In this document: positions 13,060-26,249 of the stretch, in pieces
Numbering within the stretch: position 1 is the first letter of the stretch
How the letters are laid out: each line of letters begins with the position of its first letter
DNA from: Macrostomum lignano
Taxonomy: Eukaryota
Length of the DNA stretch: 64,000 nt
Assembly: GCA_002269645.1 (NCBI GenBank)
Contig: NIVC01000677.1
Span: 372,001 to 436,000, forward strand
Direction of reading: 5' to 3'
Position numbers and translations under genes: made by a program
The notes under the pieces: generated by a model
What the model saw: only the letters and a program-made list of their open reading frames with translations
Told to the model about the DNA's origin: nothing
The model's database searches: none

Positions 13060-15326
13060 ATGGGTTCTAGTGGGAACATAGCGACAGCGCATCTGAACGA
13101 TCCGGATGTTGACGATGAGCGAGCGTCTCTTGAAGCAGCGGCCGCTTCAACGGCAGTGGCAGGCGACGGAGGGCAGCGGTACCGCGGCAAGCCTCTGACA
13201 GTAAAAGACGTGCTTTCCTGGCGCCGCCTGCAGCTGAGCCGGGCAAAGCTGAAAGCCAGTAGCCGTACATCCGCTCTTCTATCCGGCTTCGCCATTGTCG
13301 CCATGGTTGAGCTGGAGATCTCGTCCGGCAACAGTTCCTCGACCTCGTCGTCGCCGGCAGCGGCGGTGCCCAGCTGGCTGCTGGTGCTGTTCGCCAGCTC
13401 TGCCGCGCTGCTAATTGCCGTCCACATGCTGGCCTTGATGATCAGCACCTGCCTGCTGCCCAATCTGGAGAGCGTCAGCGAGAACGATGCCAGGTACATT
13501 GTGCTTGTTGACCTTTATTGTTCGATTCTTTATCTGGGAATGTCAATGGTGATGCCGTCAGCATTTAAGTGCTGGGGACATTTGACTGTCAGTGACATTT
13601 GACTGCCAGTGACATTTGATTATCAGTGACATTCGACTGCCAGTGACATTTTACTGCCAGTGACATTTGACTGCCAGTGACATTTGACTGTCAGTGACAT
13701 TTGACTGCCAGTGACATTTGACTGCCAGTGACATTTGACTACCAGTGACATTTGATTGTCAGTGACATTTGACTGCCAGTGACATTTGACTGTCAGTGAC
13801 ATTTGACTGCCAGTGACATTTGATTGTCAGTGACATATAACTGCCAGTGAAATTTGACTACCAGTGACATTTGATTGTCAGTGACATTTGACTGCCAGTG
13901 ACATTTGACTGTCAGTGACATTTGACTGCCAGTGACATTTGACTGCCAGTGACATTCGACTGCCAGTGACATTTGACTGCCAGTGACATTTGACTGCCAG
14001 TGACATTTGACTGTCAGTGAAATTTGACTGCCAGTGACATTTGATTGTCAGTGACATTTGACTGCCAGTGACATTTGATTGTCAGTGACATATAACTGCC
14101 AGTGAAATATGACTACCAGTGACATTTTTGACTGTCAGTGACATTTGACTGTCAGTAACATATAACTGCCAGTGAAATTTGACTACCAGTGACATTTTTG
14201 ACTGTCAGTGACATTTGACTGTCAGTAACATATAACTGCCAGTGACATTTGACTACCAGTGACATATAACTGTCGGTGACATTTGACTGTCAGTGAGATA
14301 TAACTGCCAGTGACATTTGACTGTCAGTGACATTTGACTACCAGTGACATTTGACTACCAGTGACATTTGACTGCCAGTGACATTTGACTGCCAGTGACA
14401 TTTGACTGCCAGTGACATTTGACTGCCAGTGACATTTGACTACCAGTGACATTTGACTACCAGTGACATTTGACTACCAGTGACATTTTTGACTGTCAGT
14501 GACATTTGACTGTCAGTAACATATAACTGCCAGTGACATTTGACTACCAGTGACATATAACTGTCGGTGACATTTGACTGTCAGTGAGATATAACTACCA
14601 GTGACATTTGACTGTCAGTGACATTTGACTACCAGTGACATTTGACTACCAGTGACATTTGACTACCAGTGACATTTGACTACCAGTGACATTTGACTAC
14701 CAGTGACATTTGACTGTCAGTGACATTTGACTACCAGTGACATTTGACTACCAGTGACATTTGACTGTCAACAGCGATTCCAACTGGACTCTGAAACAAG
14801 TCCTGCGCAGTGAGCCAAATTCCGCAGAGATCGACATTCCCATACTTTATAGAATTGCCTATGACAAAACAGCAAAAAGACAATACTCGTATCTTCTTAC
14901 TTTTAGAAAATTAGCATGCATATATATTTTACATTTGTGGTATGTCATCCGTTTACCCCTGAGCTGCTCCGCATCTCCCATCAACCCCCGTCCCTGCCTT
15001 GCAGAACCATTCGAGCATCGCCGCACGACAAAATGCGCTTCTACATCGAGACATCCTGGATATTCAGCACCGGCTTAGGCATCCTGCTATTCCTAGTTGT
15101 TGTGGTGCTGCAGACCTGGGTGAAGTTCTACGCCGTCTCCAAGACGGCAGCCATCGCGGCCACCGCCATCATCGCGCCCGTAGTGGTGGTGTTTGTCGTG
15201 TTCGCCCTGGTGTTCTATCACCAGCTGACTCTGCACAAGTTCCGGCGCGCCGCACTCATGGTCGAGCGGCTCCAGCTGGATTTGCGCGCTTTTAGCGCCG
15301 CCGGCGACGACGTGAAGATGGTGTGA
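13060..15326 (+). CDS. ORAI: Orai (CRAC channel pore subunit); exons 13060-13493 and 15005-15326, 251 aa
   Basis: [33 protein letters not shown] (TM1), [15 protein letters not shown] (TM2), [16 protein letters not shown] (TM3), [14 protein letters not shown] (TM4); phase-2 GT-AG intron. An acceptor at 13051 suggests an upstream exon. Confidence 0.95.
13580..14770. repeat. 17-bp minisatellite (GACATTTGACTGCCAGT) filling the Orai intron
   Basis: About 70 tandem variant units. Confidence 0.95.
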
Positions 15327-16923
15327 CGCAATCAGTGTACTTTTATAACTGTGTGTCACGTGATCAGTGCAGAGTTGCTCAAATGGATAGCTAAAGTACA
15401 AGGGGCGCTATCGAAACAAATTAACAATTTTCAAATCAATCAATTCACAATATCTCTCATGCTGGACTCTCGAATAGCAAACAAAGTGAGCATTTGTTTT
15501 GCCGGAGGCTTCTCAAACTTTTTAGTAGCGGGCGGAGCAGCTCAGCAGTTACAGAGTCCGACTCTCGTGTCGCGACCCCTGGTCTTTTAGTTGTCCATCT
15601 TGTACGCCTTACTTATCGTATTGTGTAAATTTTTTTAACGGAACAAGCATTCTGAAACTATTCACGTGCAATTGTCATTTATTCTGTGTTCATTCCAATT
15701 CCATTGAAGCAAATGGCACCAGTAATAAATAAACTGGAACGTCTTCCCAAACAATTATTTTTATAAAGTATATTATCGGTTGAGATCAACAGGCCACCAA
15801 GTTGGCACAGCAGTTTTACTAAATGTATTTGATTTTAATATATAGAAATTATAATATAAACAAATATGCACATATATTATAGTGAACTCTGGCAGCTACA
15901 AGGCGTATAAAGGAGCGCAGAAGTGGCGCATTCGATCAATTACTGAATAATTAATAGTCATGTGCGCAATAGTTACTACTGAGTAAGTAGTATGGTTATA
16001 GACTCTAATGAATAATATCTCGCTAATTTACCTGATGCAGACTTAAATAGCTTATTTATTATATAATCATTTATATAAGCGCGTTACTAAGGCGCATCAT
16101 CACAAACAGCTATAGAATATAAAACAAAAAACAGTCCGTCATAAATAAGAAATCAAAATAGTGCTGTTCACTACTGTACAACGCGCATGAAATTATGATT
16201 TATATAATAATTTTCATGCTCTGAACTCTTAAAATTAATCATTTGCTACTGTTAAACCGATTGCAATAACCGATAGAATAAGAAATGCAATGAAAAATAA
16301 TTCAGCAACTATTGATGATAAATTAATCGAATAACCTGTTCAAGAAGGTCCAAGTATAGGAGTCCATGGCTGCACTATACTATGTCAACCCGTTTCCAGT
16401 CCAAGTAGGTTCATCAGTCCATGGCTACACTATAGCAGCCAGTTTCCAGTCCAAAGAGGTTCAGGAGTCCATGTCCATGAAAAATTATACATGTACTAAA
16501 GAATAAAAAAATCGACGGCCTGAGAATCAAGGACCAGCAGCAGGAAGAGGATGTCGTGTAATTCAATATTTACAAGAAAATCAAATTGGCAATGCGTATT
16601 TTTAATCCAAAATTGGCACAAAATTAGCGCGCTACATCCTCATAAACTAACTAGTGGTCCTTGATGCAAATAGACACGAATCTGAAATCTGATTATACTG
16701 AACCAGACAGCATGCTGTCCTATTAAAACAAAAGTCAAAGCATGCAAACTGCTTCATTTTGTTAATCAAATAAACTTAGTAAAGAAATTCACACGAGGTG
16801 AGTACAAGGCAGGAGTGAAACAAGATAACTTAGCTACAAACAGCGATTAGCTACGTGCGAATAGAAATTGATAACCCGGACTAGATAACGCCTAGCGAAG
16901 CACAAATTTTAACAGTCATAACA

Positions 16924-17412
16924 CTCACAGTGGGACCGGAAGTGGCAGTCACGAAGAGGGAGAGTAGCGACTCACAGTGGGACCGGAAGTGGCAGTCACG
17001 AAGAGGGAGAGTAGCGGCTCACAGTGGGACCGGAAGTGGCAGTCACGAAGAGGGAGAGTAGCGACTCACAGTGGGACCGGAAGTGGCAGTCACGAAGAGG
17101 GAGAAAAGCGGCTCACAGTGGGACCGGAAGTGGCAGTCACGAAGGGGGAGAGTAGCGGCTCACAGTGGGACCGGAAGTGGCAGTCACGAAGGGGGAGAGT
17201 AGCGGCTCACAGTGGGACCGGAAGTGGCAGTCACGAAGGGGGGAGAGTAGCGGCTCACAGTGGGACCGAAAGTGGCAGTCACGAAGGGGGACAGTAGCGG
17301 CTCACAGTGGGACCGGAAGTGGCAGTCACGAAGGGGGAGAGTAGCGGCTCACAGTGGGACCAGAAGTGGCAGTCACGAACGGGGAGAGTAGCGGCTCACA
17401 GTGGGACCGGAA
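16924..17412. repeat. 47-bp minisatellite (CTCACAGTGGGACCGGAAGTGGCAGTCACGAAGAGGGAGAGTAGCGG)
   Basis: About 10 tandem units, just past the ACAP stop codon. Confidence 0.95.
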
Positions 17413-17556
17413 GTAGGTCCAAATGTCCATAAGAAGAGTTTGGCGCCATTACGTAAAAAATAAAGCAATTCAAAAAGCTTGGATTTTGGAGCACCGCACT
17501 TTAAACTTTGGCTCAATGAGTAACTGTATAAGCATGATAAAATCCGAATCGCACTT

Positions 17557-20500
17557 TCAAGAATTTGTTGAACTAGCATCGCTATTAGCAGTAGTAGCTG
17601 TCAGAGCGGCTGCGTCTTTGAAAACTCCATCAAATTCTAATTGAAAAAAGTCGTGAAACACTTCGTGGCACATTTGCAAATCCTCGCCGCCACCGCCGCT
17701 ACTGCCGCCGCTAGCGGCGCCGTTGAAGGCCTCGGCGGCGCCAAGTTCGTTGAGCTGCGCCAGCCGCAGCAGGGTGACAGAGTCAGCATTCACGGATCGC
17801 ATGGCCAGGTCGAATGCGGTGTCGCCAGCCGAGTCGGGCAGCCGTTGACTTGCCCGACGACGCAGCAGATGGAAGACGCATCTGGTCAGCTGCAGTTCGC
17901 AGGCGTGGTGCAGCGCAGTTTTACCTTCGGCGTCGGGCAGGTCGACACGAGCCCCGTTCAGCAGCAGCAGTTCGCAGCCGGCCACGCTGCCCGCCCTGGC
18001 GCAGGCGATCAGCGGCGTCCGGTTGGCCGAGTCCAGCCGGTTCACCGAGGCGCCGTGCGCCAGCGCCGCCAACATTCCGGTCAGGTCGGCGTCGGCGGCC
18101 GCGGCCGAGGCCAGTGCAGCGTCGGGCTCCAGACCGTCTGGCAGCGGGCGAAGATAGCGGCGGTGCAGCCACTTGTCCGTGATGAACTCCTTGCGGCGAG
18201 CGGGATCGGCAGTGGGCCCCAGACGCGGCTGGCTGTCTGGTCGGCTGTGCTCTTGGATGGCGTTCACCTAAGGGAGGGGGCGGTGTAAAACGAGCATCTC
18301 TGACTATGGGGACGCGACAGCGAGATCAATAGCGGCAAGGCAGGAGCAGTGGCGCAGTCTGAGCATTTGGGGCATACCCTCCTGAGAAACCTTAACCCGA
18401 GAATCTGGGATAACAGCGGCTTAACCTGAGGATCTGGGATAACAGCGGCTTGACCTGAGGACCTGGGATAACAGCGGCTTAACCCGAGAATCTGGGATAA
18501 CAGCGGCTTAACCTGAGGATCTGGGATAACAGCGGATTAACCTGAGGATCTGGGATAACAGCGACTTGACCTGAGGATCTGGGATAACAGCGACTTGACC
18601 TGAGGATCTGGGATAACAGCGGCGTGACCTGAGGATCTGGGATAACAGCGACTTGACCTGAGGATCTGGGATAACAGCGGCGTGACCTGAGGATCTGGGA
18701 TAACAGCGACTTGACCTGAGGATCTGAGATAACAGCGTATTAACCTGAGGATCTGGGATAACAGCGGCTTGACCTGAGGATCTGAGATAACAGCGTATTA
18801 ACCTGAGGATCTGGGATAACAGCGGCTTGACCTGAGGATCTGTGATAACAGCGTATTAACCTGAGGTTCTGGGATAACAGCGGATTAATCTAAAAATGTG
18901 GGATAACAGCGGCTTGACCTGAGGATCTGGGAGGATAGCACTACAGCATGGTATCATGATCTGGTAGGAAGCAGGACACGAATAGAAGCCAATCCAGGGA
19001 GCTTGATATCACTCACCTTGGCATTGCCCAGCGCTAGCATGAGCCTCAGCGTGAACGGCTCCCACGTGTCCAGCGTGAGCGACTTGACCTTGGAGACGTG
19101 AACACCCAGAGATCTGTGCACCCCAGAGCAGTCGATGCACACCAGTATGCCGCGATTCACACATGACCAACGCGGCTTGTCGGCGCCGCAGTCGCAGCAG
19201 ACGGAATTGCCTGGCACCGATTGGATGAGGCGAACAGCGTCCTGATGCTGCGCCTCCAGCTGACCGGCTCGTTCAGCGGCCGCTGCGGCCGCGTCAAAGG
19301 CGGAGGCTTGATGAGTTGGCTGATTGGAAGATCCCGTAGAAGAAGAATTTACCGACGCCGACGCGTTGCCGGATTCCGACAATGACTGCAGGCCTTCAGA
19401 TGCGGAGCCGGGCGTAGAAGCCGAGGTGAGCGTGTTGGAGCGGTGATGCTGCCAGCCGCTCTGCAGGGCGGTGCACCACAGCAGCAGGTCGGCGGGATTC
19501 TCAGCCTGCAACAGGTGAGTCCGCTCGGGCGCGATCAGCTCCAGTACGTAGCGCCTGTCGTCCTGCGGTCGCGACTTTGCCGTACAGATTCGCAAATCGT
19601 CCTCCAGACAGGTGACATCGGAGGCGTCGGTCTTCTTGCAGTAGTACAGGCGATTGTCTTTGATGAAGAACCAGCGACGGACCCAAGGCTTGAACTTCTT
19701 GTGCGCCTTGCGGAACAGGTAGCCTTCCAGGTTCCGGCCAGTGGGCGACGCGGGCGTCTCCTGCGGTGGGAACGTAGTCTGAGAATTGTAGCTGTTAGCA
19801 GCCTGTTGGTCAGCTATTGACAGCCTGTTGGTCAGCTATTGACAGCCTGTTGGTCAGCTATTAACAGCTTGTTGGTCAGCTATTAACAGCCTGTTGGTCA
19901 GCTATTAACAGCCTGTTGGTCAGCTATTGACAGCCTGTTGGTCAGCTATTGACAGCCTTTTGGTCAGCTATTGACAGCCTGTTGGTCAGCTATTAACAGC
20001 CTGTTGGTCAGCTATTAACAGCCTGTTGGTCAGCTATTAACAACCTGTTGGTCAGCTATTAACAGCCTGTTGGTCAGCTATTAACAACCTGTTGGTCAGC
20101 TATTAACAGCCTGTTGGTCAGCTATTGACAGCCTGTTGGTCAGCTATTGACAGCCTGTTGGTCAGCTATTGACAGCCTGTTGGTAAGCTATTAACAGCCT
20201 GTTGGTCAGCTATTAACAGCTTGTTGGTCAGCTATTAACAACCTGTTGGTCAGCTATTAACAGCCTGTTGGTCAGCTATTGACAGCCTGTTGGTCAGCTA
20301 TTAACAACCTGTTGGTCAGCTATTAACAGCCTGTTGGTCAGCTATTAACAGCCTGTTGGTCAGCTATTAACAGCCTGTTGGTCAGCTATTGACAGCCTGT
20401 TGGTCAGCTATTGACAGCCTGTTGGTCAGCTATTGACAGCCTGTTGGTAAGCTATTAACAGCCTGTTGGTCAGCTATTGACAGCCTGTTGGTCAGCTATT

Positions 20501-23500
20501 AACAGCTTGTTGGTCAGCTATTGACAGCCTGTTGGTCAGCTATTGACAGCCTGTTGGTCAGCTATTGACAGCCTGTTGGTCAGCTATTGACAGCCTGTTG
20601 GTCAGCTATTAACAGCCTGTTGGTCAGCTATTAACAGCCTGTTGGTCAGCTATTGACAGCCTGTTTGTCAGCTATTGACAGCCTGTTGGTCAGCTATTAT
20701 CAGTAATGCGTTAGAATACCAGAAAAGCATAAAATTACACCTGGATTTTACACAGACCGTACAGAGAAAGGCCCTATCGCTAGGCTTGGCAAGTATCAGT
20801 TGGCATAAACTCTATGCAAATTTTGGCAGCTGATTTATAATCTACCCTGCCCCTTCGTCTCTCTGCCACTTTGATTACTGATAATCTTCAAACATTTCCT
20901 CATGCAGCCTTAGTGCAGATCGATAAAAGCAGATAAAAATGAATACGCTTAGCTGCAGCGCTCTGCTAGCATCAGTTTTAGCCACATGGCAAAATTCATA
21001 CTGCAATTTTATTATATAGAATTTCTATATGATGCATCACTATATAAACAAGCAGCTTTGTTCTCTATAAATACAATCTAAATGATGAATATTATACGGC
21101 AAACAGTTGTAACACGCCTAAATTTCAATGGTTTCGAAGTCTTCCAACTTGCACTAACTTTACCAACTGGTTGCGCAGATATTGATAATTCACACTTAAT
21201 TGGAATGTAATTAAATACAATTAAAATTTGTTGAAATGATTAAAAATCAATTATTATCATCAGTTAATAGGTAATCACGTATGAAATTCAAGGCTTTAAA
21301 ATTCAATTAATTCAAAGTACTTACACTTCGACAAGTCTGCAAAAATGTCACGAGAGGATGGTAAATACAGAATCACACAAGGTATTGTTCTGAATAGTAA
21401 TTATAATTATTTTCTAATTAACACCAAATTTCTCTGTTTATTACAAATGGAAGCGTTAATAAAAGTTTTAAGCAAGTGGTTTTAAACACAGAATAAACAT
21501 GCACTCGATGAACCCAAACACCATAAAGACTTCACTGCCAATTTGGTGGAAGGCTTGGCGAGAATACACAATGTAAACATTCTACTGTATAAGGCCTTTG
21601 TTTTGTTTTTTATTATACCGTTGAAAATTGGAGCACTGCTTTTGTGCCAGTATGACGGATAAACACACTGACAGACTCAAAACAAACCGAAACACACAAA
21701 GACACACTGACAGACTCAAAACAAACCGAAACACACAAAGACACACTGACAGACTCAAAACAAACCGAAACACACAAAGACACACTGACAGACTCAAAAC
21801 AAACCGAAACACACAAAGACACACTGACAGACTCAAAACAAACCGAAACACACAAAGACACACTGACAGACTCAAAACAAACCGAAACACACAAAGACAC
21901 ACTGACAGACTCAAAACAAACCGAAACACACAAAGACACACTGACAGACTCAAAACAAACCGAAACACACAAAGACACACTGACAGACTCAAAACAAACC
22001 GAAACACACAAAGACACACTGACAGACTCAAAACAAACCGAAACACACAAAGACACACTGACAGACTCAAAACAAACCGAAACACACAAAGACACACTGA
22101 CAGACTCAAAACAAACCGAAACACACAAAGACACACTGACAGACTCAAAACAAACCGAAACACACAAAGACACACTGACAGACTCAAAACAAACCGAAAC
22201 ACACAAAGACACACTGACAGACTCAAAACAAACCGAAACACACAAAGACACACTGACAGACACAAAACAAACCGAAACACACAAAGACACACTGACAAAC
22301 ACAAAACAAACCGAAACACACAAAGACACACTGACAAACACAAAACAAACCGAAACACACAGACACACAGCCAGAAACAAAGAGACACTGACAGACACAA
22401 AGACACACTGACAAACACAAAACAAACCGAAAGACACAAAGACACACTGACAAACACAAAACAAACCGAAACACACAAAGACACACTGACAGACACAAAA
22501 CAAAACGAAACACACAAAGACACACAGCCAGAAACAAAGAGACACTGACAGACACAAAGACACACTGGCAGACACAAAGACACACTGAAAGAAACAGACA
22601 CACTGGCAGACACAAAACATATTGAGACAAAGATACAGTGACAGACACAAAGACACACTGACAGACACAAAGACACACTGACAGACACAAAGACACACTG
22701 GCAGACACAAAGACACACTGAAAGAAACAGACACACTGGCAGACACAAAACATATTGAGACAAAGACACACTGACAGACACAAAGACACACTGACAGACA
22801 CAAAGACACACTGACAGACACAAAGACACACTGGCAGACACAAAGGCATGTGTGAGACACAAACATACACCATCATACACCAGACAAAACGAAACACCAG
22901 AATACCCAGAGAGCCGAAAATACTGGCGCAACGGTAACCAAGCAGGGATGATGAAGAGAGCTATTCCAGACTCTCACCTGTCGAAGTAGCTCGTGCCGGG
23001 TCTCCATTCGACGCAGCTCCGCGTCGGTCTGGGCCCGAACGTCGCTCATCTGCTGCTGCACGAACTCCATCCAGGGATTGGTGTCGCTTAAAAATGCGGC
23101 AGAATTCGATATGCAAGCCTTGTACCTGTCTACTAGGCGAGCTAAGCAGTCCAATAAGTTCACGTTCTTGCGCACCTGCAAAGGCAAAGGAGGGAAGGAG
23201 GCCAACGTTGGATTCGGGGCTGATTGGGAATTCAACTGACATGGATTCAGGGCTGATTGGGAATTCAACTGACATGGATTCAGAGCTGATTGGGAATTCA
23301 ACTGACATGGATTCAGAGCTGATTGGGAATTCAACTGACATGGATTCAGCTGATTGGGAATTCAACTGACATGGATTCAGCTGATTGGGAATTCAACTGA
23401 CATGGATTCAGCTGATTGGGAATTCAACTGACATGGATTCGGAGCTGATTGGGAATTCAACTGACATGGATTCAGCTGATTGGGAATTCAACTGACATGG

Positions 23501-26249
23501 ATTCAGAGCTGATTGGGAATTCAACTGACATGGATTCAGCTGATTGGGAATTCAACTGACATGGATTCAGCTGATTGGGAATTCAACTGACATGGATTCA
23601 GCTGATTGGGAATTCAACTGACATGGATTCAGCTGATTGGGAATTCAACTGACATGGATTCAGAGCTGATTGGGAATTCAACTGACATGGATTCAGCTGA
23701 TTGGGAATTCAACTGACATGGATTCAGCTGATTGGGAATTCAACTGACATGGATTCAGAGCTGATTGGGAATTCAACTGACATGGATTCAGCTGATTGGG
23801 AATTCAACTGACATGGATTCAGAGCTGATTGGGAATTCAACTGACATGGATTCGGAGCTGATTGGGAATTCAACTGACATGGATTCAGAGCTGATTGGGA
23901 ATTCAACTGACATGGATTCAGAGCTGATTGGGAATTCAACTGACATGGATTCAGAGCTGATTGGGAATTCAACTGACATGGATTCGGAGCTGATTGGGAA
24001 TTCAACTGACATGGATTCAGAGCTGATTGGGAATTCAACTGACATGGATTCAGCTGATTGGGAATTCAACTGATATGGATTCAGAGCTGATTGGGAATTC
24101 AACTGACATGGATTCAGAGCTGATTGGGAATTCAACTGATATGGATTCAGCTGATTGGGAATTCAACTGACATGGATTCAGAGCTGATTGGGAATTCAAC
24201 TGACATGGATTCGGAGCTGATTGGGAATTCAACTGACATGGATTCAGAGCTGATTGGGAATTCAACTGACATGGATTCAGAGCTGATTGGGAATTCAACT
24301 GATATGGATTCAGAGCTGATTGGGAATTCAACTGACATGGATTCAGAGCTGATTGGGAATTCAACTGACATGGATTCAGAGCTGATTGGGAATTCAACTG
24401 ACATGGATTCAGAGCTGATTGGGAATTCAACTGACATGGATTCAGAGCTGATTGGGAATTCAACTGACATGGATTCAGAGCTGATTGGGAATTCAACTGA
24501 CATGGATTCAGAGCTGATTGGGAATTCAACTGACATGGATTCAGAGCTGATTGGGAATTCAACTGACATGGATTCAGAGCTGATTGGGAATTCAACTGAC
24601 ATGGATTCGGAGCTGATTGGGAATTCAACTGACATGGATTCAGAGCTGATTTGGAATTCAACTGACATGGATTCAGCTGATTGGGAATTCAACTGATATG
24701 GATTCAGAGCTGATTGGGAATTCAACTGACATGGATTCAGAGCTGATTGGGAATTCAACTGACATGGATTCGGAGCTGATTGGGAATTCAACTGACATGG
24801 ATTCAGAGCTGATTGGGAATTCAACTGACATGGATTCAGCTGATTGGGAATTCAACTGATATGGATTCAGAGCTGATTGGGAATTCAACTGACATGGATT
24901 CAGAGCTGATTGGGAATTCAACTGACATGGATTCGGAGCTGATTGGGAATTCAACTGACATGGATTCAGAGCTGATTGGGAATTCAACTGACATGGATTC
25001 AGAGCTGATTGGGAATTCACTGACATGGATTCACATGAAATGTATTCAACGTGGATTTAACATAAATTACATAATAGTCAGTTCCAATCGTCACTGATGC
25101 AAGCAGTCATAAATTAACCAACCTTCAACTCTTTGATCGCGTGCAAATAGTCCAGACTAGCAATGCAGTACTGGTTGCGATGCAGCTGAGCTAAATTATC
25201 CAAATCTGTTTCAACTTTAGTACGCGACTGGCCCAGGCTCTTAGCCAGCGAAGCCTCATAATCGTCGCTAGCTTTTTCGAAGGCTTTGGCCAGGTCAGCC
25301 AGCGGCTGCAGCGAAGTGTTAATAAAAGTCTGCATCCTGGTCTGCGTGTCGCGAATTGAAGCCACCAAATCCTGTTTGGGAAGAGTTTTGGCAAATATCA
25401 AAGCGACAGTCAGTCCTGATAACCTACTTATTCTAATTCCATTGGCTAGCATAAAAGCAGATATTCGCAGGACTGTCCCGCAACCAGCGGTGCAGCCATT
25501 CTACCGATTCGCAGATACTGTACATATAAACACGACAATTTTCGTGCACAAGCATACATGCGCAACAGTCGGCCGACCGATTTGGCGGCCAAACAAGGAA
25601 GTCGCAAAAATGCCCACCCAAAAAATACCCAAGTAGTAGTACTAAGTAGCTGACGAGGCATTTTGACTTAATAAGACGGTCATAGTTACTCCTGCCGTGT
25701 ACCCAAAGTAGCGTTAATTTTGCTTTACGCTAGGTTTTTTTACACGTAAATCGCATTTTTGGCCAAAAACTACGTCGCATTTTGTTAAAACTAAGTCGCA
25801 TGGCCGACCGAATTTTGGAGGTTGCGCATGTATGTGCACAAGCCCCAAACACGGAATCGAACCAGGGTTGGTGGCGCGTTTACCGCTGAGCATCTCTGTC
25901 CCGTTTTCAAGCTAAAGGCAGGCATACAATTCCGTTCGCAACTGGAAACCAAACCAACCTGAAAATCGTCTTGAAAGTGTTCAACAATTTTGACTAGTTT
26001 CTTTGACGAACTGGTAACTTTATCGTTGTCAACAAAGGATTCGGTCAGCTCGGTCAGACTGGACGTTAACAGTCCCAGGGAGGCGGCAAACTGCCTGCCA
26101 GCTTCGGTCACTGTGGCTAGAATCGATGCAGTCTTCTGGTAGCGGCACTTCAGCATAGCAACCTCGCGCTCGCTAGAAGCCAGGGAGTCGCGGAACCGAG
26201 GCGTATCCTTGATACCAGCCTCAAATGTTAGGCTGTTGAGCACTTCCAT
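17557..26249 (-). CDS. ACAP: ACAP/centaurin-beta (BAR-PH-ArfGAP-ankyrin); exons 26249-25959, 25371-25123, 23175-22978, 19778-19017, 18267-17557, 736 aa
   Basis: BAR start ([14 protein letters not shown]), PH ([19 protein letters not shown]), ArfGAP CCDC-x16[12 protein letters not shown], ankyrin repeats (RTPLIAC, KTALHHA); all introns phase 0 GT-AG. Confidence 0.93.
18388..18932. repeat. 29-bp minisatellite (ACCTGAGGATCTGGGATAACAGCGGCTTG) in ACAP intron 4
   Basis: Direct tandem repetition. Confidence 0.95.
19789..20702. repeat. 22-bp minisatellite (CAGCCTGTTGGTCAGCTATTGA) in ACAP intron 3
   Basis: About 41 units abutting the exon-4 acceptor. Confidence 0.96.
21325..21336 (-). other. Candidate 12-nt ACAP microexon (Thr-Cys-Arg-Ser)
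   Basis: Minus strand TTTTTGCAG|ACTTGTCGAAGT|GTAAGT; phase 0-0 matches the flanking exons. Confidence 0.55.
21655..22860. repeat. 39-bp AC-rich minisatellite in ACAP intron 3, degenerating to shorter units
   Basis: Unit ACACACTGACAGACTCAAAACAAACCGAAACACACAAAG. Confidence 0.96.
23208..25032. repeat. 33/31-bp minisatellite (TGATTGGGAATTCAACTGACATGGATTCAG[AG]C) in ACAP intron 2
   Basis: About 55 units in two length variants differing by AG. Confidence 0.97.
25553..25834 (+). mobile_element. hAT-family MITE (282 bp), TSD TGCACAAG, in ACAP intron 1
   Basis: TIR CATACATGCGCAAC / GTTGCGCATGTATG; identical 8-mer at 25545-25552 and 25835-25842. Confidence 0.92.
25843..25900 (-). mobile_element. tRNA-derived SINE head fragment
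   Basis: Minus strand GGGACAGAGATGCTCAGCGGT (A-box-like)...GGTTCGATTCC (B box); similar to 45915-46005. Confidence 0.5.

Noticed and set aside
16924-17412. CACAGTG heptamers as RSS targets of the nearby RAG1-like transposase
   Set aside because: No nonamer-like sequence 12 or 23 nt downstream; a 7-mer within a repeat unit is easily chance.
1021-25032. Regular arrays as CRISPR loci
   Set aside because: Units are contiguous with no unique spacers, there are no cas genes, and the context is eukaryotic.
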